Part shown: positions 9,277 to 19,009 of the stretch, one piece after another | How positions within the stretch are numbered: the stretch's first letter is position 1 | How the letters are laid out: every line of letters begins with the position of its first letter | NCBI GenBank assembly: GCA_026461395.1 | Contig: JAPJNA010000049.1 | Location: 3,516-67,515 of the forward strand | Direction of reading: 5' to 3' | DNA length: 64,000 nt | From: Chthoniobacterales bacterium | GTDB taxonomy: Bacteria; Verrucomicrobiota; Verrucomicrobiia; Chthoniobacterales; UBA6821 | Notes under the pieces: generated by a model | The model's database searches: none | Seen by the model: only the letters and a program-made list of their open reading frames with translations | Told to the model about the DNA's origin: nothing | Position numbers and translations under genes: made by a program

Positions 9277-10068
9277 TTACTTGGCGTGAGCGTCTGTCTC
9301 AGTGACAGCAGCGGCCCAGATGATGACACCGAAAGCGATTTTGTTGAGCACGTCGGCCAAGTTATAAACAATGTTCAGGCCTTTCATGCTATCGTCGTGG
9401 CTCATACCGGTCAGGTAGCCGACAAAGTAACCGATGGGATAGATCGCCCATCCGAAGGTGACGATCAGACGCATGAGGTTGAACGCCGTCTTGACTGCAG
9501 GAGGCGACTGGTGGGCATTGATGCGGCTGGCCTCGCCGAAGAAAATCTCGAAAAGGATGTAGGCCCAACCGACCATTCCTACAATGAATGCAGGAAGTGC
9601 GGGAACATAACCGGCCTCGCCCACATATCCGCCGACGAGCATGACAAGGGTTCCAATCAGCAAGCGCCAGAAAACGCCTGCGGGAACCTTCGTGATTGCC
9701 GAGAGGATCAGGAAGAACTCCACCATGAGAAGTGGCACAGTGATGAGCCAGTCAATGTAGCGGTAGACGGTCGGGGTGTCGTGGGTGGTTACCCAAACCT
9801 CACGCATGTAGAAGTAGTGAACGGCGGCAACTAAGGTCACGAGTCCGGAGACGGTGAGGGAAGTCTTCCACTTTCCAGAAACTCGTTGGGTTTCGAGGAA
9901 GAAAAACGCGGTGGAAGCGACAAGCGCCATGGAGATCAGCCAGAAAGAAATTCCGACAAAATCATTTGGCTCAAGGACAACTCCTGCGGAGGCCTGAGCT
10001 CTGGCAGGGATGAGGAGAGCCGCAAATGCGAATAGCGATAGTTTGGGGAACAGGGAACGTATCTTCAT
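9277..10068 (-). CDS. Proteorhodopsin (DTE proton pump, green-tuned)
   Basis: RYIDWLITVPLLMVE (D/T/E, Leu at the 105-equivalent), AVHYFYMR His, DVLNKIAFG retinal Lys, N-terminal signal peptide. Confidence 0.96.
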   Translation of the reverse strand: MKIRSLFPKLSLFAFAALLIPARAQASAGVVLEPNDFVGISFWLISMALVASTAFFFLETQRVSGKWKTSLTVSGLVTLVAAVHYFYMREVWVTTHDTPTVYRYIDWLITVPLLMVEFFLILSAITKVPAGVFWRLLIGTLVMLVGGYVGEAGYVPALPAFIVGMVGWAYILFEIFFGEASRINAHQSPPAVKTAFNLMRLIVTFGWAIYPIGYFVGYLTGMSHDDSMKGLNIVYNLADVLNKIAFGVIIWAAAVTETDAHAK

Positions 10069-10268
10069 TTTTTTAGGGGTTTAGTTTTTTATTTAACGAC
10101 CGACACACTCAACAAACTACACAACTTCAAATCAGGAAAGAAAAAAGTTTGTGCCCTCTGTTATGCTACTTTTTTCAAGAGGGATCGCGTTAACAACATT
10201 ACAATGCACTTCCGCTTTCTCCTTCATAATCCTTTGACGGGATTCGTTTCTTGGCTTGGAGTAGTTTT

Positions 10269-10889
10269 GTGAAGACTGTTTCCCCCGCATCCACCGCGAG
10301 ATGGCTTCTGATAATGATTGCCCTACTCTCCTCACTATTTGCCGGCTGCGGGGAGTCGAAGTACCAGTCTCCCGAGTACAAGGTCGTGCAGAAAGAGGGT
10401 TCCTTCGAGATCCGAGACTATCCCGAACTCACGATCGTCTCAACTCCGATGCAGAAGCGCACTGAGGACGGATCCTTCATGAAACTCTTTCGATTTATCT
10501 CTGGACGCAATGAGCGATCCCAAAAGATCTCCATGACCACTCCCGTATTGATGACGGGCGCTGAGTCGGGAATCATGAGCTTTATTGTGCCGGAGGATGT
10601 CGTTCGGCAGGGCGTCCCGACCCCCTCGAATCCCGAGGTGACGATCAGCACCAAGCCTCCAGCCCGCTATGCCACCTATCGCTTCTCAGGGCCCAGCAAG
10701 CCCCACCCCAGTGAGGTAGCCGCCAAAAAACTCCTTGCCTGGGTCGACTCGAAACATCTCCCAACCCCTGGTTCACCATCACCTATTTACGCCTACTATA
10801 ATCCCCCGTGGACACCCGGATTTATGAGGCGAAACGAGGTTTTGCTTCGATTGGCACCTTTGGCAACTAAAGCGCCGGGCCATCCCTAG
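10269..10889 (+). CDS. SOUL heme-binding family protein, probable lipoprotein
   Basis: FMKLFRFISG.N, ISMTTPV, YNPPWTPGFMRRNEV; hydrophobic leader ending LFAGC. Start uncertain (10251, 10269 or 10314). Confidence 0.85.
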   Translation: MKTVSPASTARWLLIMIALLSSLFAGCGESKYQSPEYKVVQKEGSFEIRDYPELTIVSTPMQKRTEDGSFMKLFRFISGRNERSQKISMTTPVLMTGAESGIMSFIVPEDVVRQGVPTPSNPEVTISTKPPARYATYRFSGPSKPHPSEVAAKKLLAWVDSKHLPTPGSPSPIYAYYNPPWTPGFMRRNEVLLRLAPLATKAPGHP

Positions 10890-10907
10890 GAGGCGATCAG
10901 CCAGCGC

Positions 10908-11459
10908 ATGGATCTCTGGCTCTCACCACATGATGCCAGAGTCCGCACCCTCCGCTCGGAGGGTGAATTGCTCTGCGGAGTTATTCGCTCCCCTTTTGGT
11001 TACTGCATCGCAGTGACAGGAGGCGATTACCTGCTCGCACTTCGCTTCGTGGAGAGCCGAGAAGAGGGCATTGTTTCGCTTCAATCCGAGTGGCCCAAGA
11101 CACCTCTGCGCTACTCTCCTGAGGTCGAGCGACTGATCATACGAGGCTTTGAAAACCCCTCCTTGGTTCCAGTTCTCGCGATCGGAACACCCTTCCAGCT
11201 CACGATCTGGGAATATCTCCGACGCAATCGCGCTTCAATGACCCTGACCTACGGCGAACTGGCCAAGGCGATCGGTCGGCCCAAGGCTGCCCGTGCGGTC
11301 GGTCGGGCCGTCAGTGCCAATGGTATTGCTTTCCTGATCCCCTGCCATCGCGTTATTTCCCGGGGAAAACTCACAGGCTACCGCTGGGGGGTGGAGCGCA
11401 AAAGGAATCTCTTGGCTTGGGAGCTGGCCAACCGCGACCCGCTCGTGATGCCTTTCTAA
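10908..11459 (+). CDS. ogt: Methylated-DNA-protein-cysteine methyltransferase (Ogt/Ada C-terminal type)
   Basis: GTPFQ..IW, TYGELA, ARAVG, IPCHRV, GYRWG. Confidence 0.88.
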   Translation: MDLWLSPHDARVRTLRSEGELLCGVIRSPFGYCIAVTGGDYLLALRFVESREEGIVSLQSEWPKTPLRYSPEVERLIIRGFENPSLVPVLAIGTPFQLTIWEYLRRNRASMTLTYGELAKAIGRPKAARAVGRAVSANGIAFLIPCHRVISRGKLTGYRWGVERKRNLLAWELANRDPLVMPF

Positions 11460-11473
11460 TAAACCTGGGTAAC

Positions 11474-12949
11474 CTAAGCCCCGGGCAAGGAAAGCCTCGG
11501 CAGCTTCAGGGCCGAGTCGCGGAATAGGGATGCCGGAGAGACGGGGCCCACGCTTTCCCCGAGTGCGAGAAAGAGATCGATGCGGTTGTTAAGCATAAGG
11601 AGTCGCGTGTTCATCAGGACACTCTCGGCGGACAGCATGCTACGCTGGGCCTGCAGGAGCGAAACGATGTCAATCTGGCCGGATTTGTATCGCACAGTGG
11701 CGATCTGGTAGGCCTGACGGAGCTCACCGAGTGCCTTCTCCTGGAGTCGTTGGCGGGAGACGAGCGTGACCTCGTTGGAGAGTGTGTTCTCAACTTCCCG
11801 GAATGCGTTAAGCACTTGCTGGGCGTAAGCGGCCGCCGCGGTGTCGCGCTGAGCTTTGGTCAACTTCACGTTCCCGGAAATCCTGCCGCCGTCGAGGATC
11901 GGAGCCGTGAGGTTGGCCGCCACCGTGTAGAGGAAGCTGCTATCATTAGTGACGTCCTGCAGGAGAACGGAAGGCGTCCCCGCCGTGGAGGTAAGGGATA
12001 GCTTCGGCAAGCGCTCGGTCTTGGCGGAGAAGAGACGGTTTTCCGATGCAAAGAGATTCCAATCGGCCGCGCGCAGATCGGGACGGCGGAGGAGCAGTTC
12101 GGAGGGAATTCCGGCCGGAACTTCCGGAATGATGCGGGGGAAAGAGGCGCGCCGGTCTTCCAGTTCGGCGGAGGGATAACGGCCAAGCAGAGTCTCGAGT
12201 GAGCGCTTGGCATCGGCGTAGTTCTGCCGTCGCTGGACAAGATTCGCCTCGGCATTGGTCTCGTCGGCACTACTCAGACGGACATCGAAGGCGGAGACGG
12301 CGCCGTTCTCGAAGCGTGCCCTCGCCAGATCGCGCGTTTTGCGAAGGCTCGCCAGTGTCTCTTCGGCGATACGAACCTGCTCTCGGCTCTCGATCACGGA
12401 GAACCATCCCTTGGCGGCCTGTCCAGCAAGCGAGAGCCGGGCTCCTTCGTAGGTGAAGGTCGCAAAGGCGGCATCTGCCTTGGCGGCCGTGGAGAGGGAT
12501 CTCAGGCGGCCCCAGACATCCAATTCCCAGCTGAGAGCAAGGTTGACGGTGTAGTTCCAGTTGCCCGGATCGATCTGATAGTTGACAGACTGCGCGTTGT
12601 AGACCGGCGTGTCGTTGACCGAGGCGCCCGCCCTCACCCCCATCTGGGGATAGAGGTCGGCGGTGGCGACGCGGGATTTCGCGATGGCCGCCCCAAGGCG
12701 TCCCGCTGCGGCCTTCAGATCGTAATTGTCTGTAAGGACGCCACGCACCACGGAATCGAGCATGGGGTCGCGGAAGGTGGAGAGCCATCCGGAGGGGGCA
12801 AGCGGCGATTTCAGGCCCGTGGCCTTCCATTCCCGAGGAACGGCCACAGGTGATGACGGCTCCTTCTTGCGGGGCGTGGAGCAACTTGGTGTGGCGAAGG
12901 CAAGCATCACTGCCGTCACCGAAATGCGTCTGGTCATTGAACGATCCAT
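11474..12949 (-). CDS. NodT/TolC-family outer-membrane efflux lipoprotein
   Basis: Signal ending ATPSC, WELDVWG, PSELLLRRPDLRAA, LFLALG; start moved to ATG 12949. Confidence 0.88.
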   Translation of the reverse strand: MDRSMTRRISVTAVMLAFATPSCSTPRKKEPSSPVAVPREWKATGLKSPLAPSGWLSTFRDPMLDSVVRGVLTDNYDLKAAAGRLGAAIAKSRVATADLYPQMGVRAGASVNDTPVYNAQSVNYQIDPGNWNYTVNLALSWELDVWGRLRSLSTAAKADAAFATFTYEGARLSLAGQAAKGWFSVIESREQVRIAEETLASLRKTRDLARARFENGAVSAFDVRLSSADETNAEANLVQRRQNYADAKRSLETLLGRYPSAELEDRRASFPRIIPEVPAGIPSELLLRRPDLRAADWNLFASENRLFSAKTERLPKLSLTSTAGTPSVLLQDVTNDSSFLYTVAANLTAPILDGGRISGNVKLTKAQRDTAAAAYAQQVLNAFREVENTLSNEVTLVSRQRLQEKALGELRQAYQIATVRYKSGQIDIVSLLQAQRSMLSAESVLMNTRLLMLNNRIDLFLALGESVGPVSPASLFRDSALKLPRLSLPGA

Positions 12950-12956
12950 GGGACGA

Positions 12957-14942
12957 CTATTCCGAGCTGAGTGCAACCACGGGATCAAGTTGGGAAGCCT
13001 TACGGGCAGGCCAAAACCCGAAAAGGACACCCGTCACAAAGGCCGCCGCAAAGGATAGCACGACGGGCGCGAGGGTGACGACCGCCTTGGATTGGCCGAT
13101 GGTTCCGAACTCGGAGACCAGCATTCCGAGAAGCACCCCAATCACTCCACCCAGCAGGCAGACGAGGACCGCTTCGGTGAGGAACTGGAACTGGATGTCT
13201 CTACTGCGCGCACCACAAGCCATCCTAACCCCGATCTCTCGCGTCCGCTCGACCACGTTGACCAGCATGATGTTCATGACACCGATTCCCCCGACAAGCA
13301 GAGAGACCACCCCGACGGCGCCCAAGAGGAAACGGTAGGCGCTCTGGGTGTTTCGGTTCGTCTCGATCATCGCGGCTTGGTTGAAGATCCTGAAGTCCTC
13401 CTGCTGCCTGAGACGGTTGAGGCGCGACCGAATCTCGTCCTGCACCGCCTCGACGTTGACGTAATCATCGACCGTCACGCTGATCTGGTTGATGCGGACG
13501 CTCCGGAAGATGCGCGCCTCCCCAGTGGAGAGGGGGATGAGAGCGATGTCGTCCTCGCGGTCTCGCCCGTCGGCACTCCCGCCGCTCACGGTGATCACAC
13601 CAACGACAAGGAAGGGAGCCCCGTCGATCAGGATCCTCTTGCCCACGGGGTCGCTTCTATCGGGGAAAAGCTCGAGGTAGGCCTTCATGCCCAACACGAC
13701 CACGGGGGCCTTCGCCTCCTCGTCCCGCTCGTCAAAGAACCCGCCCCGGACCATCACCCGTTTCTCGGCCCTGATAAAGGATGGGGTCGTGGCCAGCACG
13801 GTGCAGGCGTAGATCCTGTCGCGGTAGCGAAGTGTGCACGCCGAGAAGACCCTCGGCACGATCTCCTGCACATGGGAGATATCGGCGATCGCACGTGCGT
13901 CCTGAAGGGTGAGAGTGCCGCTATTGTACGACATCTTCGCCCCCGGTTCGATCCTCAGCACATTGGTCCCCATACGGCTCATCCATTGCTGCATGTCGCG
14001 GCGGGACCCCTCGCCGATAGCCAGCATGGCCACCACCGAGGCGACACCGATGATGATGCCGAGCATGGTAAGGAAAGTGCGGAAGCTGTTTGCCTGGAGC
14101 GCATGGAGCGCCATGCGGAACGCCTCGGCAGCATCGGCAAGGAGAGTGATCCTTCCCCTCTCCGCCAAGGAAGGGAGCGCGGGAAGGGAGTCTGCTTCCT
14201 GAAGGGCCTCGTCCGGGACAGCGGAGCGCTCCGTCGCCTCATCGATAATGATCTCTCCATCGACGATGCGTATCATCCTGTCAGCCTGCGCGGCCACACC
14301 GGGATCGTGGGTGATGAGGATGACGGTGAGGCCCTGCCGGTGGAGTTTCCTGATGCGGGCCATGAGCTCCTGGCCGCGAGCCGTATCGAGTGCCCCTGTC
14401 GGCTCGTCGGCCAGGATGATCTCCCCTCCATTCATGAGGGCGCGCGCCACGGCAACACGCTGCTGCTCGCCGCCGGAGAGTTGCGGCGGCTTGTTGGCGA
14501 TGCGGTGCCCGAGACCCAACCCCTCCAACAGGCTGACAGCCCTCTCCTTGCGTTGCGCCGAGGGCATCCCGATGTAGGCACCGGGCAACCCGACATTCTC
14601 GACAGCCGTCTCGTTGGCCAGGAGATTGTAGCGCTGGAAGATGAAGCCAAAGGTCTTTCCCCTTGCCTCGGCACGCTGATCCGCCGAGAGACTGGAAACA
14701 TCACGTCCCTGGAGCTCGAAGGATCCAGCCGTCGGCGAATCCATGAGGCCGAGGATATTCATCAGCGTGGTCTTCCCGGAGCCGGAGGGGCCCACAATGG
14801 CGACGAATTCTCCCTGATCAATCCTCAGGTCGATACCGTTGAGAACGCGCGTTGGCACGTCTCCCGTTTCGTAATCTTTCACGATCCCCCTAAGGAGGAT
14901 GGCGGGAGTCTTCCCCCTTCCCAATCCGTCGGGGTCTTCCAT
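12957..14942 (-). CDS. macB: MacB-like ABC ATPase-permease fusion
   Basis: GPSGSGKT, LSGGEQQR, ADEPTGALD, LTMLGIIIG, GGIGVMNIMLV, ERTREIG. Confidence 0.92.
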   Translation of the reverse strand: MEDPDGLGRGKTPAILLRGIVKDYETGDVPTRVLNGIDLRIDQGEFVAIVGPSGSGKTTLMNILGLMDSPTAGSFELQGRDVSSLSADQRAEARGKTFGFIFQRYNLLANETAVENVGLPGAYIGMPSAQRKERAVSLLEGLGLGHRIANKPPQLSGGEQQRVAVARALMNGGEIILADEPTGALDTARGQELMARIRKLHRQGLTVILITHDPGVAAQADRMIRIVDGEIIIDEATERSAVPDEALQEADSLPALPSLAERGRITLLADAAEAFRMALHALQANSFRTFLTMLGIIIGVASVVAMLAIGEGSRRDMQQWMSRMGTNVLRIEPGAKMSYNSGTLTLQDARAIADISHVQEIVPRVFSACTLRYRDRIYACTVLATTPSFIRAEKRVMVRGGFFDERDEEAKAPVVVLGMKAYLELFPDRSDPVGKRILIDGAPFLVVGVITVSGGSADGRDREDDIALIPLSTGEARIFRSVRINQISVTVDDYVNVEAVQDEIRSRLNRLRQQEDFRIFNQAAMIETNRNTQSAYRFLLGAVGVVSLLVGGIGVMNIMLVNVVERTREIGVRMACGARSRDIQFQFLTEAVLVCLLGGVIGVLLGMLVSEFGTIGQSKAVVTLAPVVLSFAAAFVTGVLFGFWPARKASQLDPVVALSSE

Positions 14943-16108
14943 CAGTGCGGGCGGGCCCTCTGCCGCATTTCGATGGGGCCAGTGATCACCTGGTCGCCGA
15001 CCGAGAGCCCCGACACCACCTCGACGGTGACGCGGTTTTTCATTCCCAGAGCCACGCAGACCTCGACCGGCTTTCCATCACGCAGCACGAAGACCCTCGT
15101 GCCGGCATCCGTGCCATGCTTCTTCTGCAGCGAGTTGGCAGACAATGGGCGCCGGGCGGCATAATCGATCGCGGCGAGCGGCATAAGCAGCACGTCGTCC
15201 CTGTGCATCATGGGAAAAAAAACCTGCGCGGTCATCGACGGCATGAGGGCCAACCCGGGGTTCGGGACATCAAAGAGGGTGTTGTAAAAAATAGGCGGTG
15301 TCGTCGTGGTGGGACTTGGCTCCATGCCTCGGACCTTCCCCTCGTGCTTTGTTTCGGGATCTCCCAGCGAGGTGAAATAGACAGAAGCACCTGGGCGGAT
15401 CCTCTGTACATCAGCCTCCGAGACCTGTGCCTTCACGGTCATGGTGGCCATGTCGGCAAGACGGAAGAGGATCGGCGCCGTCTGGGTGGCATTCAGGGTC
15501 TGCCCTTCGCGAGCCTGGATCTGGATGACGGTCCCATCGATCGGGGCACTGATTTTCGTGAATCCGAGGTTCGCCGCGGCGGCATCAAGGCTTCCCTGGG
15601 CCTTTTCGATCTGGGCGTTGATGGCGTCGATAGCGGCTTTCGAGCGCTCGAACTCAGCTTCAGAAAAATTGACCTCGTCGATGCTGACTGCGTCGCTCTT
15701 GACTAGGTTACGGTTTCGCTCGAACCGCTGGGTGGCAAGCTTGAGGGTCGCCTTGGCAGAGGCCAGTCTCGCGGTGAGATCCTTCAGGTTCGCCTGCTCT
15801 TGGATCACCTGCGCCCTGAAGAGGGTCGGATCGATTTGCGCGAGGAGATCGCCTTTCTGCACGGTCTGACCAATCTGGACAGCGATTTTTTTCAGGATAC
15901 CCGAAACCTGCGTCCCAATATCGACATACTGGCTGGCTTCCAGTACGCCGGTCGCCGTAACGGCATCTTCGAGCGTTCCCTTGGTGATCGTGCCGGTGAT
16001 GTAGGTTTCGGGTTCCGCAGAGCTTCTCATCTTCCAGAAAGCAAACAGCCCGGTCATCAGAAGCAACCAGGGAAGCCATCGGAGAATGGAGAAACGGGGG
16101 AGAGTCAT
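14942..16108 (-). CDS. macA: MacA-like periplasmic adaptor subunit
   Basis: GTQVSG, KISAPIDGTV, AQVSEADV, GL..GDQV; start ATG 16108. Confidence 0.88.
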   Translation of the reverse strand: MTLPRFSILRWLPWLLLMTGLFAFWKMRSSAEPETYITGTITKGTLEDAVTATGVLEASQYVDIGTQVSGILKKIAVQIGQTVQKGDLLAQIDPTLFRAQVIQEQANLKDLTARLASAKATLKLATQRFERNRNLVKSDAVSIDEVNFSEAEFERSKAAIDAINAQIEKAQGSLDAAAANLGFTKISAPIDGTVIQIQAREGQTLNATQTAPILFRLADMATMTVKAQVSEADVQRIRPGASVYFTSLGDPETKHEGKVRGMEPSPTTTTPPIFYNTLFDVPNPGLALMPSMTAQVFFPMMHRDDVLLMPLAAIDYAARRPLSANSLQKKHGTDAGTRVFVLRDGKPVEVCVALGMKNRVTVEVVSGLSVGDQVITGPIEMRQRARPH

Positions 16109-16175
16109 AGAAGGGATGACATTAGAGTCTACCAAAGAGGGACGGTCAAACGAGGGTTTTCCCGGCAGGTTACCT

Positions 16176-16952
16176 TCACCAGCATGGCTTCAACCACTGT
16201 GCCAGATCCTCCGCAAGGACAGATTCCCAGCGGAGATTCTGACCCAGATAATCGATCTCCAGTAAGCAGGAATGGAGTGCGTGGCGTGGGAGCCAGAGTT
16301 GCGCAGCAAGTTCCGTGGTCCAGCCGGTTTCGATAAATCGTAGGTAGTATTCCTCGGAAGGCCCGTAGATTTTGTCGCCCACCACGGGATGCCCCGAGTG
16401 CGCAAGGTGGATTCGAATCTGATGCGTCTTCCCGGTAAAGGGAGTGCAGTGAATGAGAGCGATGGGGCCATGTTTTGGATGCGTCATTCTTTTTAGAACG
16501 CGAAAGGCCGTGTGCGAGGGGGCCCCCTCTGGGTGCACCCCACGCTTCAGCCATATTCGGGAGTCCTGCACCTCTCCGAGCCTCAGGATCGGCTCCCGTA
16601 CCTCCCAATGCTCTCTATCCGGCCAGCCCGTGACGATGGCCTGGTACTCCTTCTTCACCTCTCCCCGCGCCATTGTCATGCTGCAGACGCGGGCGGCCGC
16701 GGCGTTCTTGGCTACGAGCACGATGCCGCTTGTCTCACGGTCGAGCCGGTTGATTAGGGAGACCTGACCTCCTCCGGCGATCTCGTAGGCAAGGAGCTCT
16801 TTGAGCCGGTCCCAGAGCGTCACCGGATCGCCCGGCTTGCTGGGATGGATGAGCAAGAAAGGGGGCTTCTCCACGGCCAGCAGATCGGGGGTTTCCCCAA
16901 GAATTCGAAAGTCTCCTGAAAGGGAGGCCGGTATAGAAGCTTGCTCGGACAT
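16176..16952 (-). CDS. RluA-family pseudouridine synthase
   Basis: VEKP, NRLDRETSG catalytic motif, TGKTHQIRIH, GHPVVGDKIYG. Confidence 0.92.
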   Translation of the reverse strand: MSEQASIPASLSGDFRILGETPDLLAVEKPPFLLIHPSKPGDPVTLWDRLKELLAYEIAGGGQVSLINRLDRETSGIVLVAKNAAAARVCSMTMARGEVKKEYQAIVTGWPDREHWEVREPILRLGEVQDSRIWLKRGVHPEGAPSHTAFRVLKRMTHPKHGPIALIHCTPFTGKTHQIRIHLAHSGHPVVGDKIYGPSEEYYLRFIETGWTTELAAQLWLPRHALHSCLLEIDYLGQNLRWESVLAEDLAQWLKPCW

Positions 16953-16977
16953 GGTTGGTCGTTCATTTGTGAACAAC

Positions 16978-17646
16978 ATGATCCGACTCGTCAAAGCCTC
17001 CCGCTCCTACGGCACACCTCCAGTCACCGCACTCGACTCGGTTTCTCTGGAGATCGGGCGCGGTGAATTCATCGCCATCACCGGGGCCAGCGGTTCGGGC
17101 AAAAGCACGCTGCTGAACCTGCTGGGAGGTCTTGACCACCCCACCTCGGGCGAGGTCATCGTGGATGGGATCCACCTGGAACATGCGAATGACCAAACCC
17201 TGACCCAGTACAGGAGGCTTAAGCTGGGGATCGTCTTCCAGTTCTTCAACCTACTTCCCTCCATGACCGTTGTGGAGAATGTCGAGCTGCCTCTCTTGCT
17301 ACGTGGCGATCCCTCCTCGGGAGTCAGGCAAGCTGCCCTGGCTATGCTCGATCAGGTCGGGATGACTCAGCGTGCCATGCACTTCCCCCACCAGCTCAGC
17401 GGAGGCGAGATGCAGCGGGCTGCCATTGCCAGGGGACTGGTCCATGGCCCCTCCCTCCTGCTGGCGGATGAACCGACGGGGAATCTGGACAGTGAAAACG
17501 CTTCCCAAGTCCTCGATGTGATTGCAAAGATTGCTTCCCGCCGCACCTCCACCGTCATTATGGTAACCCACAGCGATTCGGTGGCGGCCTTGGCCGACCG
17601 GCGTATCAGGATGAAGGATGGACGCATCACTCCGGATGCCACCTGA
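16978..17646 (+). CDS. LolD-like ABC transporter ATP-binding protein
   Basis: GASGSGKST, LSGGEMQR, ADEPTGNLD; start ATG 16978. Confidence 0.9.
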   Translation: MIRLVKASRSYGTPPVTALDSVSLEIGRGEFIAITGASGSGKSTLLNLLGGLDHPTSGEVIVDGIHLEHANDQTLTQYRRLKLGIVFQFFNLLPSMTVVENVELPLLLRGDPSSGVRQAALAMLDQVGMTQRAMHFPHQLSGGEMQRAAIARGLVHGPSLLLADEPTGNLDSENASQVLDVIAKIASRRTSTVIMVTHSDSVAALADRRIRMKDGRITPDAT

Positions 17647-17695
17647 CGCGCCTCTTCATTATCCTCCTAACACCTTAAGACACAGAAGATTTTCC

Positions 17696-19000
17696 ATGGA
17701 ACTCCAGCGCACTCTTGCGAAGTCTGCCAGCCTCACTGGCGCCGCCCTCCACAACGGAGGCAATGTCACCCTGACCATCCATCCGGCTCCAGTCTGCTAC
17801 GGTTATAAATTCCGCCGGTCGGATCTTCCTGATGAGCCGATTGTGGATGCCTTGGTCGAGCATGTGAAGACTGTCGAGCGGTCCACCACACTCGTGCAGG
17901 GAAATGCCAAGATCCAGACCGTCGAGCATGTCCTCTCGGCCTTGGCCGGCCTCGGTGTTGATAATGCCCTCATCGAGATGGACGCGAACGAGCCTCCGAT
18001 TGGCGATGGCAGTGCCGCCCCCTATGTCGCCCTGATCCAGCAGGCAGGCATCATTGACCAGGATGCTGCCCGCTCACCCTTCGAGCTAGGCCAACCGATT
18101 CACCTGGAGACTAGTGGCGGCTCCATCATGTCGGTCTTCCCTCATCCGGGATTCAAGATTTCCTGCACCCAGGCAAATCACGACGGCCGCTTCACCCAAT
18201 ACCTCTCCCTGGAGATCACCCCCGAGGTGTATGCGCGGGAAATCGCCCCCGCGCGCACCTTCGTTCATTACGAGGATGTGAAGGATCTGATGGAAAAGGG
18301 CCTTATCAAGGGTGGCAGTCTGGAGAATGCCCTCGTGATCCGTGGCGAATCAGTTCTCAGTAAAGAACCGCTCCGCTTTCAGGACGAGTTCGTCCGTCAT
18401 AAGATCCTCGATATCATCGGCGATCTGGCACTTGCGGGACGTCCCCTGAGAGGTCACGTCGTCGCCGTCAGGCCCGGCCATGGCCCCAATACAGAACTCG
18501 CGCGCGCCATTGCCAAGCGCCATAGCGACCTTCTGGCCATGGCTCCCACTCCAGTAACCTCGTCGGCACCCGTGATGGATATCAACGAGGTGATGCGTGT
18601 CCTTCCCCACCGCTATCCCTTCTTGATGGTGGACCGTGTCGTGGAATTCGACGGCGACACCAAGGCCGTCGGAGTCAAATGTATCTCGATCAACGAGCCC
18701 TTCTTCCAGGGTCACTTCCCGGGCCACCCAGTCATGCCGGGAGTCCTGCAACTCGAGGCCATGGCCCAGGTCGCCTCGATTGTTATGATGCGCAAGAGCG
18801 AGAATACCGGAAAAATCGGCTACTTCATGAGCGCCGATGAAGTGAAGTTCCGCAAGCCAGTTTTCCCTGGCGACACACTCTTCATTCATGTGGAGATGCT
18901 CAAGGCTCGCAAGAATCTGGGCAAAGCTTCCTGCAAGTGCGTCGTGAACGGCGATGTGGTGAGCGAAGGATCACTCCTCTTTGGCATCATCAACAAATAA
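17696..19000 (+). CDS. lpxC-fabZ: Bifunctional LpxC-FabZ
   Basis: EHVLSAL and HKILD (LpxC) followed by LPHRYPFL and GHFPGHPVMPGVL (FabZ); start ATG 17696. Confidence 0.95.
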   Translation: MELQRTLAKSASLTGAALHNGGNVTLTIHPAPVCYGYKFRRSDLPDEPIVDALVEHVKTVERSTTLVQGNAKIQTVEHVLSALAGLGVDNALIEMDANEPPIGDGSAAPYVALIQQAGIIDQDAARSPFELGQPIHLETSGGSIMSVFPHPGFKISCTQANHDGRFTQYLSLEITPEVYAREIAPARTFVHYEDVKDLMEKGLIKGGSLENALVIRGESVLSKEPLRFQDEFVRHKILDIIGDLALAGRPLRGHVVAVRPGHGPNTELARAIAKRHSDLLAMAPTPVTSSAPVMDINEVMRVLPHRYPFLMVDRVVEFDGDTKAVGVKCISINEPFFQGHFPGHPVMPGVLQLEAMAQVASIVMMRKSENTGKIGYFMSADEVKFRKPVFPGDTLFIHVEMLKARKNLGKASCKCVVNGDVVSEGSLLFGIINK

Positions 19001-19009
19001 GAGTCCGTC

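Noticed and set aside
9277-10068. Rhodopsin as Na+ or Cl- pump, or xanthorhodopsin with antenna
   Set aside because: Motif is DTE, not NDQ/NTQ/TSA, and the aligned fenestration residue appears to be Phe, not Gly.
13092-15164. 690-aa plus-strand ORF opposite macB/macA
   Set aside because: Antisense shadow of a GC-rich gene; no motifs, and the minus strand has a complete MacB.
3700-16200. attL/attR duplication of the tRNA-Arg 3' end
   Set aside because: No second copy of ctcctcatggctgca was seen by eye; an exact search is still needed.
17696-19000. LpxC-FabZ fusion as a novelty
   Set aside because: Established architecture in Bacteroidota, Chlorobiota and PVC bacteria.
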